DNA from: Spirogloea muscicola
Taxonomy: Eukaryota
Reading direction: 5' to 3'
Assembly: GCA_009602725.1 (NCBI GenBank)
Contig: WELB01000014.1
Coordinates: 398,893-462,892 of the forward strand
DNA: 64,000 bases
The notes beneath the pieces are model-generated. The model did not search any database, was not told the origin of the DNA, and saw only the letters and a program-made list of their open reading frames with translations. The position numbers and the translations under genes were made by a program. Below are positions 62,504-64,000 of the stretch, one piece after another (positions within the stretch are counted from its first letter, which is position 1; every line of letters starts with the position of its first letter).

Positions 62504-64000
62504 ATGGCGACGGCGGCGGCGGCGCTGGAGCCGGCCATTGCGGCGCAGGTGGCGGAGCTGCGGGACTGCGCCGACGTCGACTTCAAGGTCGCCGCCGCCG
62601 CCGANCGGCGCCTGCTCGCCGCGCCGGAGCTGACGGCGACGGCCGCCGCCGCCGTCGCTCGCCGCAGGGCAAGTCGTGTACAATGCGGCGAGCCCCGGCG
62701 CGCCGCCGGACGTGGTCTTCCCGGTGGGCGACGGCGCCTTCCAGCCCCTCGGCCTCGCCTCCACGCTCGACAGCGCGCGCGCCTCCGCCATCCTGCGCGC
62801 CTGGACCGCCGCCGACGCCTCCCTCCTCCTGCGCCTCGTCCTGGCCCTCAGGTCCGGCGGCGGGCGCCCACCAAGCCCGCCCATTCTCCATGGCTCTATC
62901 TGAGCTGCGGAAGGTTCAGAAGTTGTGGGTTCAATGCAGGCCGGCCCGTCCCTCGGGGGAGTTTTTCCTCATCTGGCGGCGGTCTGGTGATGGGGCTGGT
63001 GGCCAGGGCCATGTACGTGCAGCACCAGCGCAGGCTCGTGGAGGCCGTCACCGACCCCCGCGTCAAGTTCGAGATCAGCACTGTGGGCGAGCTCGACGTG
63101 AGAGACCACGAGATCTCTACAAACCCCCTTCCACGTAATTGTCTGACATTGTTATCACCTGTTAGAGTTCCTGACCGGCGCTTTCGTCCTCGTCTCTCGA
63201 GGCCGCTGAGCTGTAGCCTTGAGGTCCTCTTGAGCTGCTCTTTGTGACTCCAGGGCGTGGAGATGTGCCTCATCGGAAGTACAGGGGAGGTCAGCGTCCA
63301 GCAGTAAATGGCTCACACAGCATTGATGTCTCTGTGCTCCTGCAAGCTGCTCCAAGCACACAAGTTGACCCCACTGCTTGCCCGCCGTGTAGCACTCAGA
63401 AACGAGCAGCTTCAAACACGACTCGTGCCGTTGAGTCCTACATCTGCTAGATTCCTGCACATAACGGCGCAGCGAGATGTGGTCTCTTTGATTCCAAGTC
63501 CTCTGGGACAAGCTCGTCCTCCAGATTCTGCTGTTGGTTGTGTGGGTGCGGCAGGGTGGGGGTGAGGTCCAATTTGCGGCGCCGTTGCATGAAGTCAATC
63601 TGGGGCCGCTGCTGGCTGCCACTAGCGCAGCCGTCCCGAAATACTCGCAGCCACGGCTCACCCTGCAGGTCAGCTCACCAGCTTCCTGTACTTCCAGTAC
63701 CCAAGCAATCTGGAGCCACTGCTCTAACAGATTGAAGTTTGCGCCATATTTTTCCAAGCCATGTCGCAAGCAGGAATACACTCTTCGTCAGTCCCCAGTT
63801 CCCATTGGTTGTATGGCATGGCTTATCATTGGGGCTGAGTAAGAGACGATGTTGCACTTCCCATCCTTTGTTTCTGTTGGCCAACCTGCTTTTGGTCCTC
63901 CAGTAATGTCACCCTCGATGCCATTGCCCTCATACACTAGCAGATGGCTGCTGCAGGTCAAGTTCCTTCTGCATAGCCTGGCCCCCCCTCAAATAAATCT
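62504..64000 (+). CDS. BABAM2: BRISC and BRCA1-A complex member 2 (BRE/BRCC45) homologue, partial (continues past window)
   Basis: IAAQVAEL, VVYNAASPGAPPDVVF, LRAW..DASLLLRLVLALR/AMYVQHQRRLVEAVTDPRVKFEISTV, GVEMCL, EVQFAAPL. These resemble plant BRE proteins as I recall them. Confidence 0.75.

Noticed and set aside
62590..62670. Apparent frameshift/deletion in BABAM2 (similar breaks at 23523 and 59506)
   Set aside because: Coincides with single-N scaffold joins in GCC repeats, so more likely collapsed assembly than pseudogenisation.

Overview
Eukaryotic, intron-rich nuclear DNA. The gene set (SEP2, MENG, DUF7705, At5g28910-like, plant-type TFIIB/CASP) and very GC-rich 5' exons point to a green-lineage organism, most likely a streptophyte alga (inferred). 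I can reconstruct 15 spliced protein genes by hand: TFIIB, a transglutaminase-like/SirB1 protein, golgin CASP, a DUF7705-type protein, a FAS1-EGF-GT29 sialyltransferase-like fusion, DusA, a GT23/FUT8-like protein, ZNF593/BUD20, a WRN-type 3'-5' exonuclease, a CHST15-like sulfotransferase, PLAC8/CNR, SEP2, PepE-like peptidase S51, MENG and a partial BABAM2/BRE. Between the gene blocks lie repeat islands built from 5'-truncated CRE-like (restriction-like endonuclease) non-LTR retrotransposons. These include at least 11 stacked 3' ends ('SDLxLLTRGY*'), more than 20 copies of a conserved U-rich + GGGCTG-loop-CAGCCC hairpin, and a fixed-length 165-bp derivative element. Best leads are the FAS1-EGF-GT29 architecture, the CRE/hairpin/short-element system, an AT-AC U12 intron in ZNF593, a bacterial-type PepE with a remodelled specificity pocket, and a loose group of glycan-modifying genes. 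Family calls come from recognising motifs by eye, with no database search. Several 5' ends fall in N gaps.
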